64,000 bases of DNA from an uncultured Gemmatimonadota bacterium (GTDB taxonomy: Bacteria; Gemmatimonadota; Gemmatimonadetes; Palauibacterales; Palauibacteraceae). The stretch is from assembly GCA_913043255.1 (NCBI GenBank), contig CAJWLK010000011.1, positions 11,170 to 75,169 on the forward strand, given 5' to 3'. Both the position numbers and the translations under genes were made by a program. This document shows positions 48,786 through 59,648 of this stretch, piece after piece; positions within the stretch are counted from its first letter, which is position 1, and every line of letters begins with the position of its first letter. The notes beneath the pieces are model-generated. The model saw only the letters and a program-made list of their open reading frames with translations, was not told the origin of the DNA and searched no databases.

Positions 48786-48857
48786 TCTTGCTTCGGGTTT
48801 CCGAGTCCTCATTAAATCATAATGGTTGAGGTGTTCAATGATCGGCCTAATCTAACC

Positions 48858-49145
48858 ATGTCAGAACCTTTCGGGTGCGATCGATGTGATCGCAAGAACC
48901 CTGACCAGATCGAACGACAGCCGTTTCCAAATGAGTTGGGAGAGCGGATTGTAGAGACAATCTGTGCCGACTGTTGGGAAGAGTGGAAACAGCATCAGAT
49001 GCTGCTTATCAACCATTATGGACTCAAGCTGAATGAACCGAATGCACGAGAGTTTCTCTATGAAAACCTTCGTGCTTTCCTCTTTGGTGAAGGGGACGTA
49101 CAAGTTGAAATAGATTCGGGGCAGGAAGGTTCAGTTAAGTGGTAG
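48858..49145 (+). CDS. yggX: Fe(2+)-trafficking protein YggX family
   Basis: From ATG 48858: MSEPFGCDRCDRK...PFPNELGERIVETICADCWEEWKQHQMLLINHYGLKLNEPNAREFL. Compare E. coli YggX MSRTIFCTF...[36 protein letters not shown]. Confidence 0.7.
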   Translation: MSEPFGCDRCDRKNPDQIERQPFPNELGERIVETICADCWEEWKQHQMLLINHYGLKLNEPNAREFLYENLRAFLFGEGDVQVEIDSGQEGSVKW

Positions 49146-49182
49146 TCCCGGTACTCCGGGCCAGGTCAGTGGGTGGAGGTCG

Positions 49183-50511
49183 ATGGCAAGGATCTCTTCT
49201 GCACGCCCGATGAACCGAGGTGAGTGCGTTTCCGCTGTGGCTGCGTCCCTGGGTACGACACTGCAGTCAGTTATAGCTTTTACGCGGCCTGATGTAGGGA
49301 AACAAATCTTGGACCGTCGCCAAGCGGTCCAAGCAATCGAAAGCTGGAACACTCACCAGAACAGTGACCGCCTAGTTTGGTTGCATGGATCCTCTGCTGG
49401 TGAGTTACTTGGAGCAACTCCGACCATTAATGCACTTCGAAAGCTGGAGTCGCTGAATCTGGTGGTTACGCACTTCTCACCTTCAGGGGCAGCTGCACTT
49501 GATCACCTCCAGCCAGAAAATGCAGGGTATCCACCACTTGATCGCCCAAGCGACTGCAACCGTGCAATGAGGACACTCCAACCCGATCTGCTGGTCTTTG
49601 CAAAGCTTGACGTCTGGCCAGGGCTCATAGGTGCGGCCACGCGGTTTGGAATTCCATGCGCACTTATTAACGGAGTTGTGCGACCTGACAGCAGCCGACT
49701 AAGGCCCTTAAATCGTTGGCTCTTTAGACAGACTTATTGTGGTCTCGATATGGTTGGTGCCGCAGATGAGCGCGATGCTTCGAGACTCATTTCTCTCGGT
49801 GTGCGGGCCGATGCCCTTCGTGTGACAGGGGATGCTGCGTTCGACTTGGCTGCTTCGCGAGCAGACCGAGCCAGCGAGCCAGGTGGCTGGAAGTACAAAT
49901 TTGAAGCAGCGCTGCCAAAGCGTCCACAGGGTGGAATCCGGTTAATCGCGGGTTCAACTTGGGAAGAAGATGAACGGGCTCTTCTCGATATGCTCGATGT
50001 GGGGCGCTCTCGATCATCAGCTAATTCTTGGTGTCAGCTTGTCATCGCTCCACACAAACCAAGCGAGGATCATGTAGATCGATTGTTGGCTGACTGCCGG
50101 ATGCGTGGCCAGCCCTGTGATCGCTTCAGCCGGTTGAGTGATCCCAAGACGCTGCCTTCAAATGGAGTGATCGTGTTTGATGAAGTTGGTAGACTGGCGG
50201 AACTCTACACCGCTGGCGATGTGGCATACGTAGGGGGGGGGCTGGAAGGTAAAGGCCTCCACAATGTGCTTGAACCGGCGTCCGCCGGCATTCCGGTTCT
50301 GTTTGGTGATGAGCATGATCGTGGTGATGCGGATGCGCTTGTGGAGGCCGGGGGTGGCATCACGTTTCCTCGTCACGCTTTTGGTGAAGGTTTGGTACGT
50401 ATTAAAGACGTTCGTCATCGGAAGTTTGTTGGATCACGGGCCCGCCAATTTATAGAAGACGGTTCTGGAGCTGGGCATCGCACCGCCGCATTGTTAGCTC
50501 AGCTTTGGTAA
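49183..50511 (+). CDS. waaA: 3-deoxy-D-manno-octulosonic acid (Kdo) transferase
   Basis: N-terminal WLHGSSAGE (WIHAASVGE-type motif). C-terminal GT-B domain DVAYVGGGLEGKGLHNVLEPASAGIPVLFG. Confidence 0.8.
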   Translation: MARISSARPMNRGECVSAVAASLGTTLQSVIAFTRPDVGKQILDRRQAVQAIESWNTHQNSDRLVWLHGSSAGELLGATPTINALRKLESLNLVVTHFSPSGAAALDHLQPENAGYPPLDRPSDCNRAMRTLQPDLLVFAKLDVWPGLIGAATRFGIPCALINGVVRPDSSRLRPLNRWLFRQTYCGLDMVGAADERDASRLISLGVRADALRVTGDAAFDLAASRADRASEPGGWKYKFEAALPKRPQGGIRLIAGSTWEEDERALLDMLDVGRSRSSANSWCQLVIAPHKPSEDHVDRLLADCRMRGQPCDRFSRLSDPKTLPSNGVIVFDEVGRLAELYTAGDVAYVGGGLEGKGLHNVLEPASAGIPVLFGDEHDRGDADALVEAGGGITFPRHAFGEGLVRIKDVRHRKFVGSRARQFIEDGSGAGHRTAALLAQLW

Positions 50512-50543
50512 GATTAAGGTGGGTGGAGGATGATAAGTCGAAC

Positions 50544-50762
50544 TCAGGTAGTGTTTTGTCGCCTTTTGGGACCGAATACGAACCAGAATATGCAACCGAT
50601 GATTGGGCATGCCACAAGAATGATAATCCACAGGGTTTTGTCTCGGCGGTTCGCGTTGGACAAAAATACTAGGGTTCCTGCCCATGCGTGCATGACCAGT
50701 AACAGGCTGAACAGGACCAAGCGAGAATCAAGCCCCGCAGAAAACTCTAGGACCGTGTTCAT
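50544..50762 (-). CDS. PLDc_N-domain small membrane protein
   Basis: Two TM helices. LWIIILVACPIIGCIFWFVFG matches the PLD N-terminal domain consensus. Its ATGA overlaps the msbA-like gene stop. Confidence 0.5.
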   Translation of the reverse strand: MNTVLEFSAGLDSRLVLFSLLLVMHAWAGTLVFLSNANRRDKTLWIIILVACPIIGCIFWFVFGPKRRQNTT

Positions 50763-52654
50763 GCTACAGCTATTGGTCGTTCGAACTGTAATCGATGTAA
50801 CTGGGCGTAGAGACCGCCGCTTTTAAGCAGTGACTCGTGGGTCCCTGATTCCGTGATCCGTCCATGGTGCATTACAAGAATTCGATCAGCCCCTTGGATT
50901 GTTGACAGTCGATGTGCAATCACAAAACTGGTTCGTCCGTCCATAAGCTTTTCCAGTGCAGCCTGAATCTGTGACTCAATCTCCGAATCTACTGAACTTG
51001 TTGCCTCATCGAGCAATAAGATCGGTGGATCACCCGCTAAAGCCCGCGCAAAAGATACGAGTTGACGTTCACCCACCGACAAGTTTCCGCCTCGTTCGCT
51101 CAGTGGCTCGTTATATTTTCGGGGTAGTCGTGAGAGATGTCTGTCTACCCCCACTTGCTCGGCTGACGCTCGAACTTCTTCGTCCCCAATGCCTGTCCGG
51201 TCAAGTGAAATATTCGATGCGGCCGTCCCTGAGAATAGATATACATTCTGGAGGACCAGTCCTAACTGTTGACGGAGGTCTGTAAGCGCATACGTACGGA
51301 TATCTTTCCCATCGAGAGTGATCCTCCCTTTCTGTGGTTCGTAAAACCGCATTAGCAAATTGAACAACGTTGTTTTGCCAGCTCCGGTGGCGCCCACCAG
51401 TGCCATCCTTTCGCCCGGTTTGATCTCAAGGTTGATCCCGCGAAGTACCCAACCATCCTCAGGAGACACGTCAGCGTAGGTGTGATTTTCTACACTCTCG
51501 TAACTAGCGGTGGTGGCAGTCACAGATGACGAACTGGTGGGTGCATCCTCTCCGATCGTCGAGTATCGAAACCAAACATTTTCAAATGCGATTCGGCCTT
51601 TAATCGGAACATCAAGCTGCAGCGGTTCTGGAGGATCCTCAATCCCTGGTGGTTCGTCGAGGAGCCCGAAGATGCGCTCAGAACTAGCCATGGCTCCCTG
51701 GAGGATGTTGTACTTTTCTGAAAGATCTTGGATAGGGCGGAAAAAGCGCCGCGCATACTGAAGGAACGCTGCGATCACACCGATTGACACTGTTCCCTGG
51801 AGCGCTTGGTTTCCACCGTACCAGATGATTAGAGCCAGAGCAATCGACGCTAAGACTTCGACCACTGGGAAAAAGAGAGCGTAATAGGTGATTGAGCGAA
51901 GGTGTGCCTCTAGATGGTCGTTGTTGATATCAGAAAATCGGGTCTTGGTAGGTTCTTCCTGGCGGAATAGCTGTACCACTCTTACGCCCGAAATTCGCTC
52001 TTGTAGGTAGGAGTTGATACGGGCCAAGCGGACGCGGATGTCGCGATAGGCTTCACGAACCTTTTTCCGAAAGATCCATGCGGCACCGAATACTGCCGGT
52101 AATACCGAAAAGGTGACGAGCGCCAAACGCCAGTCCATGATCAACATCGTCGCCATGATGAAACCGACAGTGAAAATGTCACCGAAAATCGTGACGACTC
52201 CTGATGTGAACATCTCGTTCAGCACTTCAACGTCACTTGTTAACCGAGTCATCAAGCGACCAACTGGGTTGCGGTCAAAGTAAGCCAGTCGAAGCCGTTG
52301 AAGGTGTGCGAAGATCTCTTGCCGCAGATCGAGCATTACGTTTTGCCCGATCCATGTCGTAAGAATCGTGCGTGTGTATTCGAGAAAACCCGATAGCAGG
52401 AGGGCTAGGAAGAAGAACATCGAGAGACGCCGCACCGTCGCGAAGTCTTTCGATGGGATTGCGGTGTCGATCACTTCTTTCGTCAGCCAAGGACCGACGA
52501 GTGCGAGCCCTGAAGCTGCAATGAGCATCAAGACCGCCAGTACGACTTGCCCCCGGTAGGGGTGGAGGTAAGCCATGAGGCGTTTCATTAAACGTGCATC
52601 GTAGGCTTTCCCGAGTGCCTCTTCTTCTTGGAATGGGCCGTCTGGTGCATGCAT
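50759..52654 (-). CDS. msbA: ABC transporter permease/ATP-binding protein, MsbA-like lipid A/lipid exporter
   Basis: Six-TM exporter domain. Walker A is GATGAGKTT. Signature is LSVGERQLVSFARAL. Walker B is ILLLDEATSSVD. An unusual Ser/Thr-rich insertion lies between FRYS and VLRGINLEI. Confidence 0.75.
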   Translation of the reverse strand: MHAPDGPFQEEEALGKAYDARLMKRLMAYLHPYRGQVVLAVLMLIAASGLALVGPWLTKEVIDTAIPSKDFATVRRLSMFFFLALLLSGFLEYTRTILTTWIGQNVMLDLRQEIFAHLQRLRLAYFDRNPVGRLMTRLTSDVEVLNEMFTSGVVTIFGDIFTVGFIMATMLIMDWRLALVTFSVLPAVFGAAWIFRKKVREAYRDIRVRLARINSYLQERISGVRVVQLFRQEEPTKTRFSDINNDHLEAHLRSITYYALFFPVVEVLASIALALIIWYGGNQALQGTVSIGVIAAFLQYARRFFRPIQDLSEKYNILQGAMASSERIFGLLDEPPGIEDPPEPLQLDVPIKGRIAFENVWFRYSTIGEDAPTSSSSVTATTASYESVENHTYADVSPEDGWVLRGINLEIKPGERMALVGATGAGKTTLFNLLMRFYEPQKGRITLDGKDIRTYALTDLRQQLGLVLQNVYLFSGTAASNISLDRTGIGDEEVRASAEQVGVDRHLSRLPRKYNEPLSERGGNLSVGERQLVSFARALAGDPPILLLDEATSSVDSEIESQIQAALEKLMDGRTSFVIAHRLSTIQGADRILVMHHGRITESGTHESLLKSGGLYAQLHRLQFERPIAVA

Positions 52655-52680
52655 ACGTTGGCTTCGTCCTAGCTATGTAT

Positions 52681-52707
52681 GTGAATACACTCGTTTCCCG
52701 AATTCAC
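52681..52707. promoter_or_regulatory. inverted repeat upstream of uvrA (candidate SOS/repressor box)
   Basis: GTGAAT-N15-ATTCAC lies about 85 nt upstream of the uvrA ATG, in the msbA/uvrA divergent region. Confidence 0.2.
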
Positions 52708-52792
52708 AGCCAAGATAGGGGTTTGCGCTCACGCTTCAAATCAATTCTTACTATGGTTGGCGCTAACGACGAGTCTCACCCATCATGGTCAT

Positions 52793-55735
52793 ATGAGTGA
52801 CCACATCCGGGTCAAAGGCGCCCGACAACACAACCTCAAAGGCGTCGACGTTGAGATTGAATCCGGCAAGCTAACGGTCATCACTGGACCTTCGGGATCC
52901 GGTAAGTCGAGTCTCGCATTCGATACGATTTATGCGGAAGGTCAGCGACGTTACATTGAATCGCTGTCCACCTATGCCAAGCAGTTTCTCCGGCGTATGC
53001 CCAAGCCGTTGGTTGACCAGGTGGAAGGTGTAAGTCCGTCGGTATCGATTGATCAGCGTAATCAGGTTCAGTCGAGCCGGTCTACGATTGGGACTATCAC
53101 CGAAGTCTACGATTACATGCGGCTCCTATGGTCTCGAGTGGGAACGACAGTCTGTCCCACGTGTGAAACTTCCGTAATCCCCGATACGGTTTCTTCGGCA
53201 ACAGATGTTCTTCGACAGCTTGGTATCGGAGCCCAGATAGTGGTGGGTTTCCCTTTCCGCATTAGCACAAACATCACAAGCACCATGGCTGTGATCAACC
53301 TTCAATCGAAGGGCTATCTGCGGGTCATTGCAGATGGCAAAGACATCTATCTTCCTGAACTGGAAACGGTAGCTCACGCTGAAGATGAGAAACTAGAAGA
53401 GGCTAATGGGGCGACGGAATCCGATGCATGTCGGGAACTCACAGATGCCACCGAGCTTATAGTAGTTGTCGATCGACTTGTACTGTCGAGTGAGAATCGC
53501 GAACGATTAGCAGACTCACTCTCGCTCGCATTTGCCGAAGGGCGTGGGAGAGCGATTGCATTTGATCACAGCTCAGAGGGACCTCCTACTCACTACGTAT
53601 TTGAAGAATCACACCGGTGCGGCACCTGTGAGCAGTCTTTTCCTGAAACAACCCCTTCTCTTTTTAGTTTTAATAGTCCAGCCGGCGCTTGCGACGTCTG
53701 CACAGGATTTGGTGCAGTCTTGGAGTACTCGCGCGACCTCATCGTTCCGGATTCTAGTCGTTCGTTGGAGGACGGTGCCCTCGATCCATGGTCCAAGCCC
53801 AGATATACGCGCGAAAGGTCCAATTTGGCCGCTTTCGCTCAGTCTACGGGTCTTGATCCCCTAGCCCTTTGGGATGATCTGCCGAAGGAGGCGAGGGATG
53901 TGCTTATCAAGGGAGGAATCTACTGTGGAGAACGTTTTGTAGGAGCAATCCCATTCTTGAGGTCGAAGGAGAAAAAGCGCTACAAGCCCTATATCCGTGT
54001 TTTTCTCCGGCAGTATCAGTTGCCGAGGCTTTGTCAGAAATGTGGAGGGACGAAATTAAAGCTTGATGCCCTTAACGTACGGATCGCCGGAAACCACATT
54101 GCTGAAATTGCTGCACTGCCGATAGCAGAGGTTGGGCAGTGGCTAAGGGGTGACCTGGAGCTCTCCTCATTTTCTCGAAAAGTTGCCCAGCCTATTAGCA
54201 GCGAGCTAGAGGATCGAATCCAGTTCCTTGAAGATGTGGGTCTCGGCTACCTCCCACTCGACCGTCAAGCTCGAACGTTGTCCGGCGGAGAAATGCAACG
54301 GATTCGACTCGCAAGCTGCTTGGGTAGCCGACTGATTGATACACTTTATGTGCTTGACGAGCCAACTATTGGCCTCCATGCGAGCGATATTGCCGCTTTT
54401 ACTAGTGTCCTCCAGAGACTGGCAGAGCGCGGCAACACAGTACTTGTAGTAGAACACGACTCTACGGTACTCCGACAAGCCGATCGAATAATCGAACTGG
54501 GCCCACAAGCGGGAGAGAAGGGGGGCGAGATAGTCTTCGAAGGAGACTGGGACAAGCTCCTCTTGGCAGATACAAGTACTGGGCTCGCGTTGGCTGAGCG
54601 TCATCGTCCGTCAAATATCGACTCGAGTAGTTTGAGTGTGCACCCAACGATCTGGGGGTCAAGTTCAGCACCGGAAGGAACGCTGGTTCTGCGGGGCGCA
54701 AAGCTTCATAACGTTCAAGACGTAGATCTCGAGATTCCTCTGGGGCTCCTAACGGTTGTAACCGGAGTCTCAGGTTCTGGGAAATCGACACTGATCCGCG
54801 GTGTACTATTCCATGCGCTAGAACAAGAGTTGGCTGCTAGGTCGAGTGTTAAACGCCATCTGGGTGAGCCGGAAGGCTCATATCACGCACTCCAAGGTGC
54901 TGGGGCGCTCGAAGGTGTGGTGCTCGTAGACCAACAGCCAATAGGGCGGACGTCGCGCTCGAATCCGGCAACCTACATTGGTGCATTCAAAGAGCTTAGG
55001 GATATGTACGCTGGACTTCCGGAGTCTAAAGAACGGCGCTTTGGGCCAGGACATTTTTCTTTTAATCGTCCTGGTGGTCGTTGTGAACACTGTAAGGGGA
55101 CCGGTGAGGAGACGGTTGAGATGGTCTTTTTAGCGGATGTGTCCGTTCCTTGCGAAGTATGTGCTGGGGCCCGTTATCGGCCAGAGGTTCTCGATGTTGA
55201 GTACCGTGGACATTCGATTCTTGATGCTTTGAATATGACAGTAAATCAGGCGATCCGATTTTTTATCCGAGAAGATCGGCTTGGTAAACGGCTTTGGCAC
55301 CTTCAGCGTGTGGGCTTGGGTTATCTGAAACTTGGCCAGTCAGCCACTACGCTTTCAGGAGGTGAAGCGCAGAGACTTAAGATCGCTCGAGAGCTTTCTC
55401 GTCGAGGGCGTGGAGGTAGTCGGGTCTACATACTGGATGAACCGACGGTGGGATTGGGTGTGGGCGAAGTGAAAACGTTGACCACCGTGCTCCGGGAGCT
55501 GGTTTCGGAGGGCCATACCGTTATTGTAATAGAGCATAACCTCGACGTTATATCTGATGCGGACTGGATTGTTGATCTTGGTCCAGGTGCCGCGATGGAA
55601 GGAGGTCGCATTGTAGCGGCGGGCCCACCTCTAGAAATCCTCAAAGTGGCAGAATCGAAAACTGGGGCACATCTCAGCGTTCACCTAGAGGGTTTTGATC
55701 GTCGAGGACCTCTAGCGGCCGAAAATTTTAGCTGA
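52793..55735 (+). CDS. uvrA: excinuclease ABC subunit A
   Basis: MSDHIRVKGARQHNLKG...GPSGSGKSSLAFDTIYAEGQRRYIESLS is present. There are two ABC modules and zinc-finger Cys clusters. The track ORF starts at a TTG at 52757. ATG 52793 matches the canonical N-terminus. Confidence 0.95.
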   Translation: MSDHIRVKGARQHNLKGVDVEIESGKLTVITGPSGSGKSSLAFDTIYAEGQRRYIESLSTYAKQFLRRMPKPLVDQVEGVSPSVSIDQRNQVQSSRSTIGTITEVYDYMRLLWSRVGTTVCPTCETSVIPDTVSSATDVLRQLGIGAQIVVGFPFRISTNITSTMAVINLQSKGYLRVIADGKDIYLPELETVAHAEDEKLEEANGATESDACRELTDATELIVVVDRLVLSSENRERLADSLSLAFAEGRGRAIAFDHSSEGPPTHYVFEESHRCGTCEQSFPETTPSLFSFNSPAGACDVCTGFGAVLEYSRDLIVPDSSRSLEDGALDPWSKPRYTRERSNLAAFAQSTGLDPLALWDDLPKEARDVLIKGGIYCGERFVGAIPFLRSKEKKRYKPYIRVFLRQYQLPRLCQKCGGTKLKLDALNVRIAGNHIAEIAALPIAEVGQWLRGDLELSSFSRKVAQPISSELEDRIQFLEDVGLGYLPLDRQARTLSGGEMQRIRLASCLGSRLIDTLYVLDEPTIGLHASDIAAFTSVLQRLAERGNTVLVVEHDSTVLRQADRIIELGPQAGEKGGEIVFEGDWDKLLLADTSTGLALAERHRPSNIDSSSLSVHPTIWGSSSAPEGTLVLRGAKLHNVQDVDLEIPLGLLTVVTGVSGSGKSTLIRGVLFHALEQELAARSSVKRHLGEPEGSYHALQGAGALEGVVLVDQQPIGRTSRSNPATYIGAFKELRDMYAGLPESKERRFGPGHFSFNRPGGRCEHCKGTGEETVEMVFLADVSVPCEVCAGARYRPEVLDVEYRGHSILDALNMTVNQAIRFFIREDRLGKRLWHLQRVGLGYLKLGQSATTLSGGEAQRLKIARELSRRGRGGSRVYILDEPTVGLGVGEVKTLTTVLRELVSEGHTVIVIEHNLDVISDADWIVDLGPGAAMEGGRIVAAGPPLEILKVAESKTGAHLSVHLEGFDRRGPLAAENFS

Positions 55736-55788
55736 TAGACGCTTATCGCAATGTCTTGTGGCTTGTCAATTAGAATGCCGCCTCGTTT

Positions 55789-56823
55789 GTGATTGGTTCA
55801 GAGCGGCCACGGGTTTCTATCCTCCTTCCGTGTCGTCAGGCCGAACCATTCCTTGAAGGATGCATTGCAAGTTTAGAGACTCAGACGGAGTCACGTTTTG
55901 AGGCTCTTGTCCTTGATGATTCTTCGGTTGATGGAACCGGAGACATTCTCGCTGCATGGGCTAAGCGCGATACGCGTGTGCGTATCGTTGAACCCGATGG
56001 TTCGGGATTGATTGCAGCCCTCAAACGTCTCGCAGGCGAAGCCCGGGCATTGTACTTAGCTCGTATGGATGCCGACGACATTGCTAGACCTGGACGGTTG
56101 GCCGCGCAGATCACACTGTTGGATGCCAATCCGGATTTGGCTGCGTGTGGAACAGGGGTTCGGTATTTTCCTTCTTCCGCGCGAGGATCTGGATATACGC
56201 GCTATGAGAACTGGATCAACTCACTCACCGATCCCGTTGCCATCGCACGGGACTTGTTGGTCGAGTGCCCTATTGCCCACCCTACACTGATGGTTCGCCG
56301 AAGAGTGTTCAATTCAGTGGGTGGATATCGTGAGGTGGATGGGCCTGAAGACTACGATTTGATACTGCGTTTATCAGAAGCGGGATATAACCTTGCCAAC
56401 GTGCCAGAAGTGCTACATGAGTGGCGATTAGGCAACCATCGGTTATCTGAGCGATCTGCACGATACCATGCAACAGCCTTCCGACGTCTCAAGGTCTCCT
56501 ATCTGCGCCAAAACGTTGTGCCTGAGGATCGGCCACTTGTGATTTGGGGGGCTGGTAAAGTAGGCAAAGCATTCGCTCGTGCCTGGTTGGTGGCGGGCGA
56601 CCAACTTATCTCGGCATTTGTAGATCTGGATCCGAGGAAAATCGGTCAGACGATCCACGGGGCGCGGGTGATAGGAGTGACGGATTTGGCAGTCGACACA
56701 GAGGTGTCTCGTCGACCCTTCATCCTCGTCGCTGTAGGAACTCCTGGTGCACGTGAAGACATCCGTGCCGAACTGCACCGTCTAGGTTTTAACGATCAAA
56801 CTGACTACCGAGTCGTTGCATGA
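55789..56823 (+). CDS. family-2 glycosyltransferase
   Basis: VSILLPCRQAEPFLEGCIASL...LVLDDSSVDGT...ARMDADD (DxD) matches the GT2 GT-A fold. Confidence 0.7.
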   Translation: MIGSERPRVSILLPCRQAEPFLEGCIASLETQTESRFEALVLDDSSVDGTGDILAAWAKRDTRVRIVEPDGSGLIAALKRLAGEARALYLARMDADDIARPGRLAAQITLLDANPDLAACGTGVRYFPSSARGSGYTRYENWINSLTDPVAIARDLLVECPIAHPTLMVRRRVFNSVGGYREVDGPEDYDLILRLSEAGYNLANVPEVLHEWRLGNHRLSERSARYHATAFRRLKVSYLRQNVVPEDRPLVIWGAGKVGKAFARAWLVAGDQLISAFVDLDPRKIGQTIHGARVIGVTDLAVDTEVSRRPFILVAVGTPGAREDIRAELHRLGFNDQTDYRVVA

Positions 56824-57086
56824 GTGGTCATCTGGGTGACTATGGCGAGGCTTATTAGAACTAATTGACCAGGTTGAGTCTTGCTGAAAACGCTTCCCCT
56901 TACTGCATTCCGTCCCAGAGCTGTTTCCGCGGGACACTTTCCAGGATGGATAGAGTCGCGAAATGCCCCAAAAACCGGTATATTATACGGTCCCGCCAGC
57001 TCAGATGTGGGACCCCGGAAAATGCCGTTTTGCGGATTGTTCGTATCCTAAAATTTCATTAACATTGGCAACTTAAACGGGAGTCC

Positions 57087-59648
57087 ATGGAGACTACTGA
57101 TAGTGTCGATCGCATCGAGCCGCGATTATTAGAAGACGAGATGCGCGATTCGTTCATCGATTATTCGATGAGTGTGATTGTGCAGCGTGCCCTGCCAGAC
57201 GTCCGAGATGGATTGAAACCAGTCCACCGTCGAATCCTCTTCGCAATGAACGAGTTAGGACTAAGTCCTACACGTCCCTATAAGAAGAGCGTCACGGTCG
57301 TCGGAGATGTGCTCGGCAAATACCATCCGCACGGCGACGGAGCTGTCTACGACTCATTAGTCCGTATGGCCCAGGATTTTTCGCTTCGATATCCATTGGT
57401 TGACGGACAAGGGAATTTCGGTTCGATCGACGGGGACTCGGCGGCAGCCTACCGCTATACAGAGGCACGGCTCGCCTCGTTTGCAACTGCGTTGCTGTCT
57501 GATATCGATAAAGAGACGGTCGACTTTGGACTAAACTTTGACGACCGTTTATTGGAACCGACGGTTTTGCCGTCAACGGTGCCCAACCTGCTTGTGAACG
57601 GATCCTCTGGAATCGCCGTTGGGATGGCAACGAATATCCCACCGCATAATCTCGGTGAAGTGGTAGGAGCCTGTAAGCTTTTAATCGAAAATCCCGATGC
57701 GACCGTGGAAGATCTCATGGAATCCATCCAGGGCCCCGATTTCCCGACCGGTGGTTTTATCTACGGTTCGGAAGGGATTCGAGAAGCCTATTCTGGCGGC
57801 CGCGGTCGTGTTGTGATGCGAGCTAAGGCCCATATGGAGGAAAGGAAACACGGTGGGGAGCAGATCGTTATCACCGAGATTCCCTTTATGGTCAACAAGA
57901 CCCGAATTATTGAACAGATTGCTCAGCTCGTCCGTGATAAGAAAACCACAGATGTCGCTGATCTTCGCGATGAGTCTGATCGAGATGGGATCCGCATAGT
58001 TATTGAGCTCAAGCGCGATGCGATCTCCCAGATCGTGCTCAATCAGCTCTACAAGGCCACACAGATGCAGTCAACGTTCGGCATAATCATGTTGGCGTTG
58101 GTGGACGGTGTCCCGCAGGTAATGTCCCTCAAGTCCATGCTCTCGCACTTCCTCGAGCATCGGCACGAGGTGGTTGAGCGTCGATCACAGTTCGAACTCA
58201 CTGCGGCCAAAGATCGTGAACATGTACTTGAAGGTCTTAAGATTGCGGTCGATAACATCGACGAAGTGATCAAGATCATCCGCGGATCGCCTGATGCGGA
58301 GATTGCTGGTGCGGAGCTTCGTGCCGCATTTGAACTTAGTAAGCGACAGGTTGAGGCTATCCTCAACATGCGGCTCGCTCGCCTCACAGGACTTGAGATT
58401 GAGAAGCTCGAAGGAGAACTCAAAGAGGTACGTGCGCGACGAAAAGAGCTCGAGGCAATTCTAGCCTCACGGGATCTCCGCATGGAGATCGTGGGTGAAG
58501 AGCTTGAGGAGGTGGCAGGGAAATTTACGGACGCACGTCGGACGGAGATCATTGATGTAGCAGCGAATTTCACTGAAGAAGACCTGATCGCTGAGGAGAA
58601 TATGGTGATCACGGTTTCGCATTCAGGCTACATCAAACGCATCCAACCGGATGTATATCGCGCGCAACGACGTGGAGGACGTGGTATCGCCGGGATGGGG
58701 ACCAAGGAAGAGGATTGGGTTGAACATCTTTTCCTTGCTTCAACTCACGACTACCTGATGATATTCACACGTGATGGAAAAGTGTATTGGCTCAAGGTGT
58801 ATCAGATTCCGCCAGCTGGACGCACTGCTCGCGGAAAACCAATCGTCAACCTCCTAAGGATTGACAAGGATGAGGAAATTGCATCGATCGTTCGCGTCCG
58901 AGCATTTACCGATGAACAATCGCTGATTTTCGCTACCCGAAAGGGAATGGTGAAGAAGACGAGCCTGGCTGAATACAAGAACGTCAGGTCCAACGGAATA
59001 AATGCGATTAACATTCGAGAAGACGACCAACTGATCGATGTCAAGCTCACTGATGGGACCAATGATATCATCTTGGCGACTCGTGGTGGGATGTCGATTC
59101 GATTCAGTGAAACTGATGCGCGGAAAATGGGACGGGTTACGCAAGGTGTGCGGGGGATTCGCCTCAAACCGGACGACGAGGTGATCGGAATGGTTGTAGT
59201 CCGTCATACGGCCACCCTGCTTACGGCGTCGAAATTAGGAATGGGCAAACGAAGCCATCTGGATGACTATCGAACGCAGAAGCGTGGCGGAAAAGGCTTG
59301 ATCAACCTCAAGATATCCGAAAAAACAGGAGAGGTTGTTCGTGTACGTGAGGTGACCGATGACGATGAGCTCATGCTCGTTACCAAGAACGGGGTGATTA
59401 ATCGTCAGCCCGCAAATCAGATTTCTGTCATCGGTCGAAATACTCAGGGAGTTCGACTGATCGCACTCGACAATAAGGACACTCTCGTAGACGTTGCGCG
59501 AGTAATCGATAGGGTTTTAGAACTCGATGATGAGATAGAAACCCTCCAAGATAAGAATGGAAGTAACTCGTTGTCCGGTGAGGGGGTTCCAGTGGCCGAC
59601 CCGAATGAGATGAAACAAGAGGACGCTGATCCAACTGGTGATATGTGA
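57087..59648 (+). CDS. gyrA: DNA gyrase subunit A
   Basis: [26 protein letters not shown], the active-site Tyr region [11 protein letters not shown] and the C-terminal beta-pinwheel repeats are present. Confidence 0.95.
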   Translation: METTDSVDRIEPRLLEDEMRDSFIDYSMSVIVQRALPDVRDGLKPVHRRILFAMNELGLSPTRPYKKSVTVVGDVLGKYHPHGDGAVYDSLVRMAQDFSLRYPLVDGQGNFGSIDGDSAAAYRYTEARLASFATALLSDIDKETVDFGLNFDDRLLEPTVLPSTVPNLLVNGSSGIAVGMATNIPPHNLGEVVGACKLLIENPDATVEDLMESIQGPDFPTGGFIYGSEGIREAYSGGRGRVVMRAKAHMEERKHGGEQIVITEIPFMVNKTRIIEQIAQLVRDKKTTDVADLRDESDRDGIRIVIELKRDAISQIVLNQLYKATQMQSTFGIIMLALVDGVPQVMSLKSMLSHFLEHRHEVVERRSQFELTAAKDREHVLEGLKIAVDNIDEVIKIIRGSPDAEIAGAELRAAFELSKRQVEAILNMRLARLTGLEIEKLEGELKEVRARRKELEAILASRDLRMEIVGEELEEVAGKFTDARRTEIIDVAANFTEEDLIAEENMVITVSHSGYIKRIQPDVYRAQRRGGRGIAGMGTKEEDWVEHLFLASTHDYLMIFTRDGKVYWLKVYQIPPAGRTARGKPIVNLLRIDKDEEIASIVRVRAFTDEQSLIFATRKGMVKKTSLAEYKNVRSNGINAINIREDDQLIDVKLTDGTNDIILATRGGMSIRFSETDARKMGRVTQGVRGIRLKPDDEVIGMVVVRHTATLLTASKLGMGKRSHLDDYRTQKRGGKGLINLKISEKTGEVVRVREVTDDDELMLVTKNGVINRQPANQISVIGRNTQGVRLIALDNKDTLVDVARVIDRVLELDDEIETLQDKNGSNSLSGEGVPVADPNEMKQEDADPTGDM

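Noticed and set aside
56865-57062. 65-aa ORF in the gyrA upstream region
   Set aside because: It overlaps a likely promoter/hairpin region, has no RBS and has atypical composition. It is more likely a non-coding leader.
58049-58612. 187-aa Ser/Arg-rich ORF antisense to gyrA
   Set aside because: gyrA is unambiguous on the plus strand. The antisense product is pure low-complexity.
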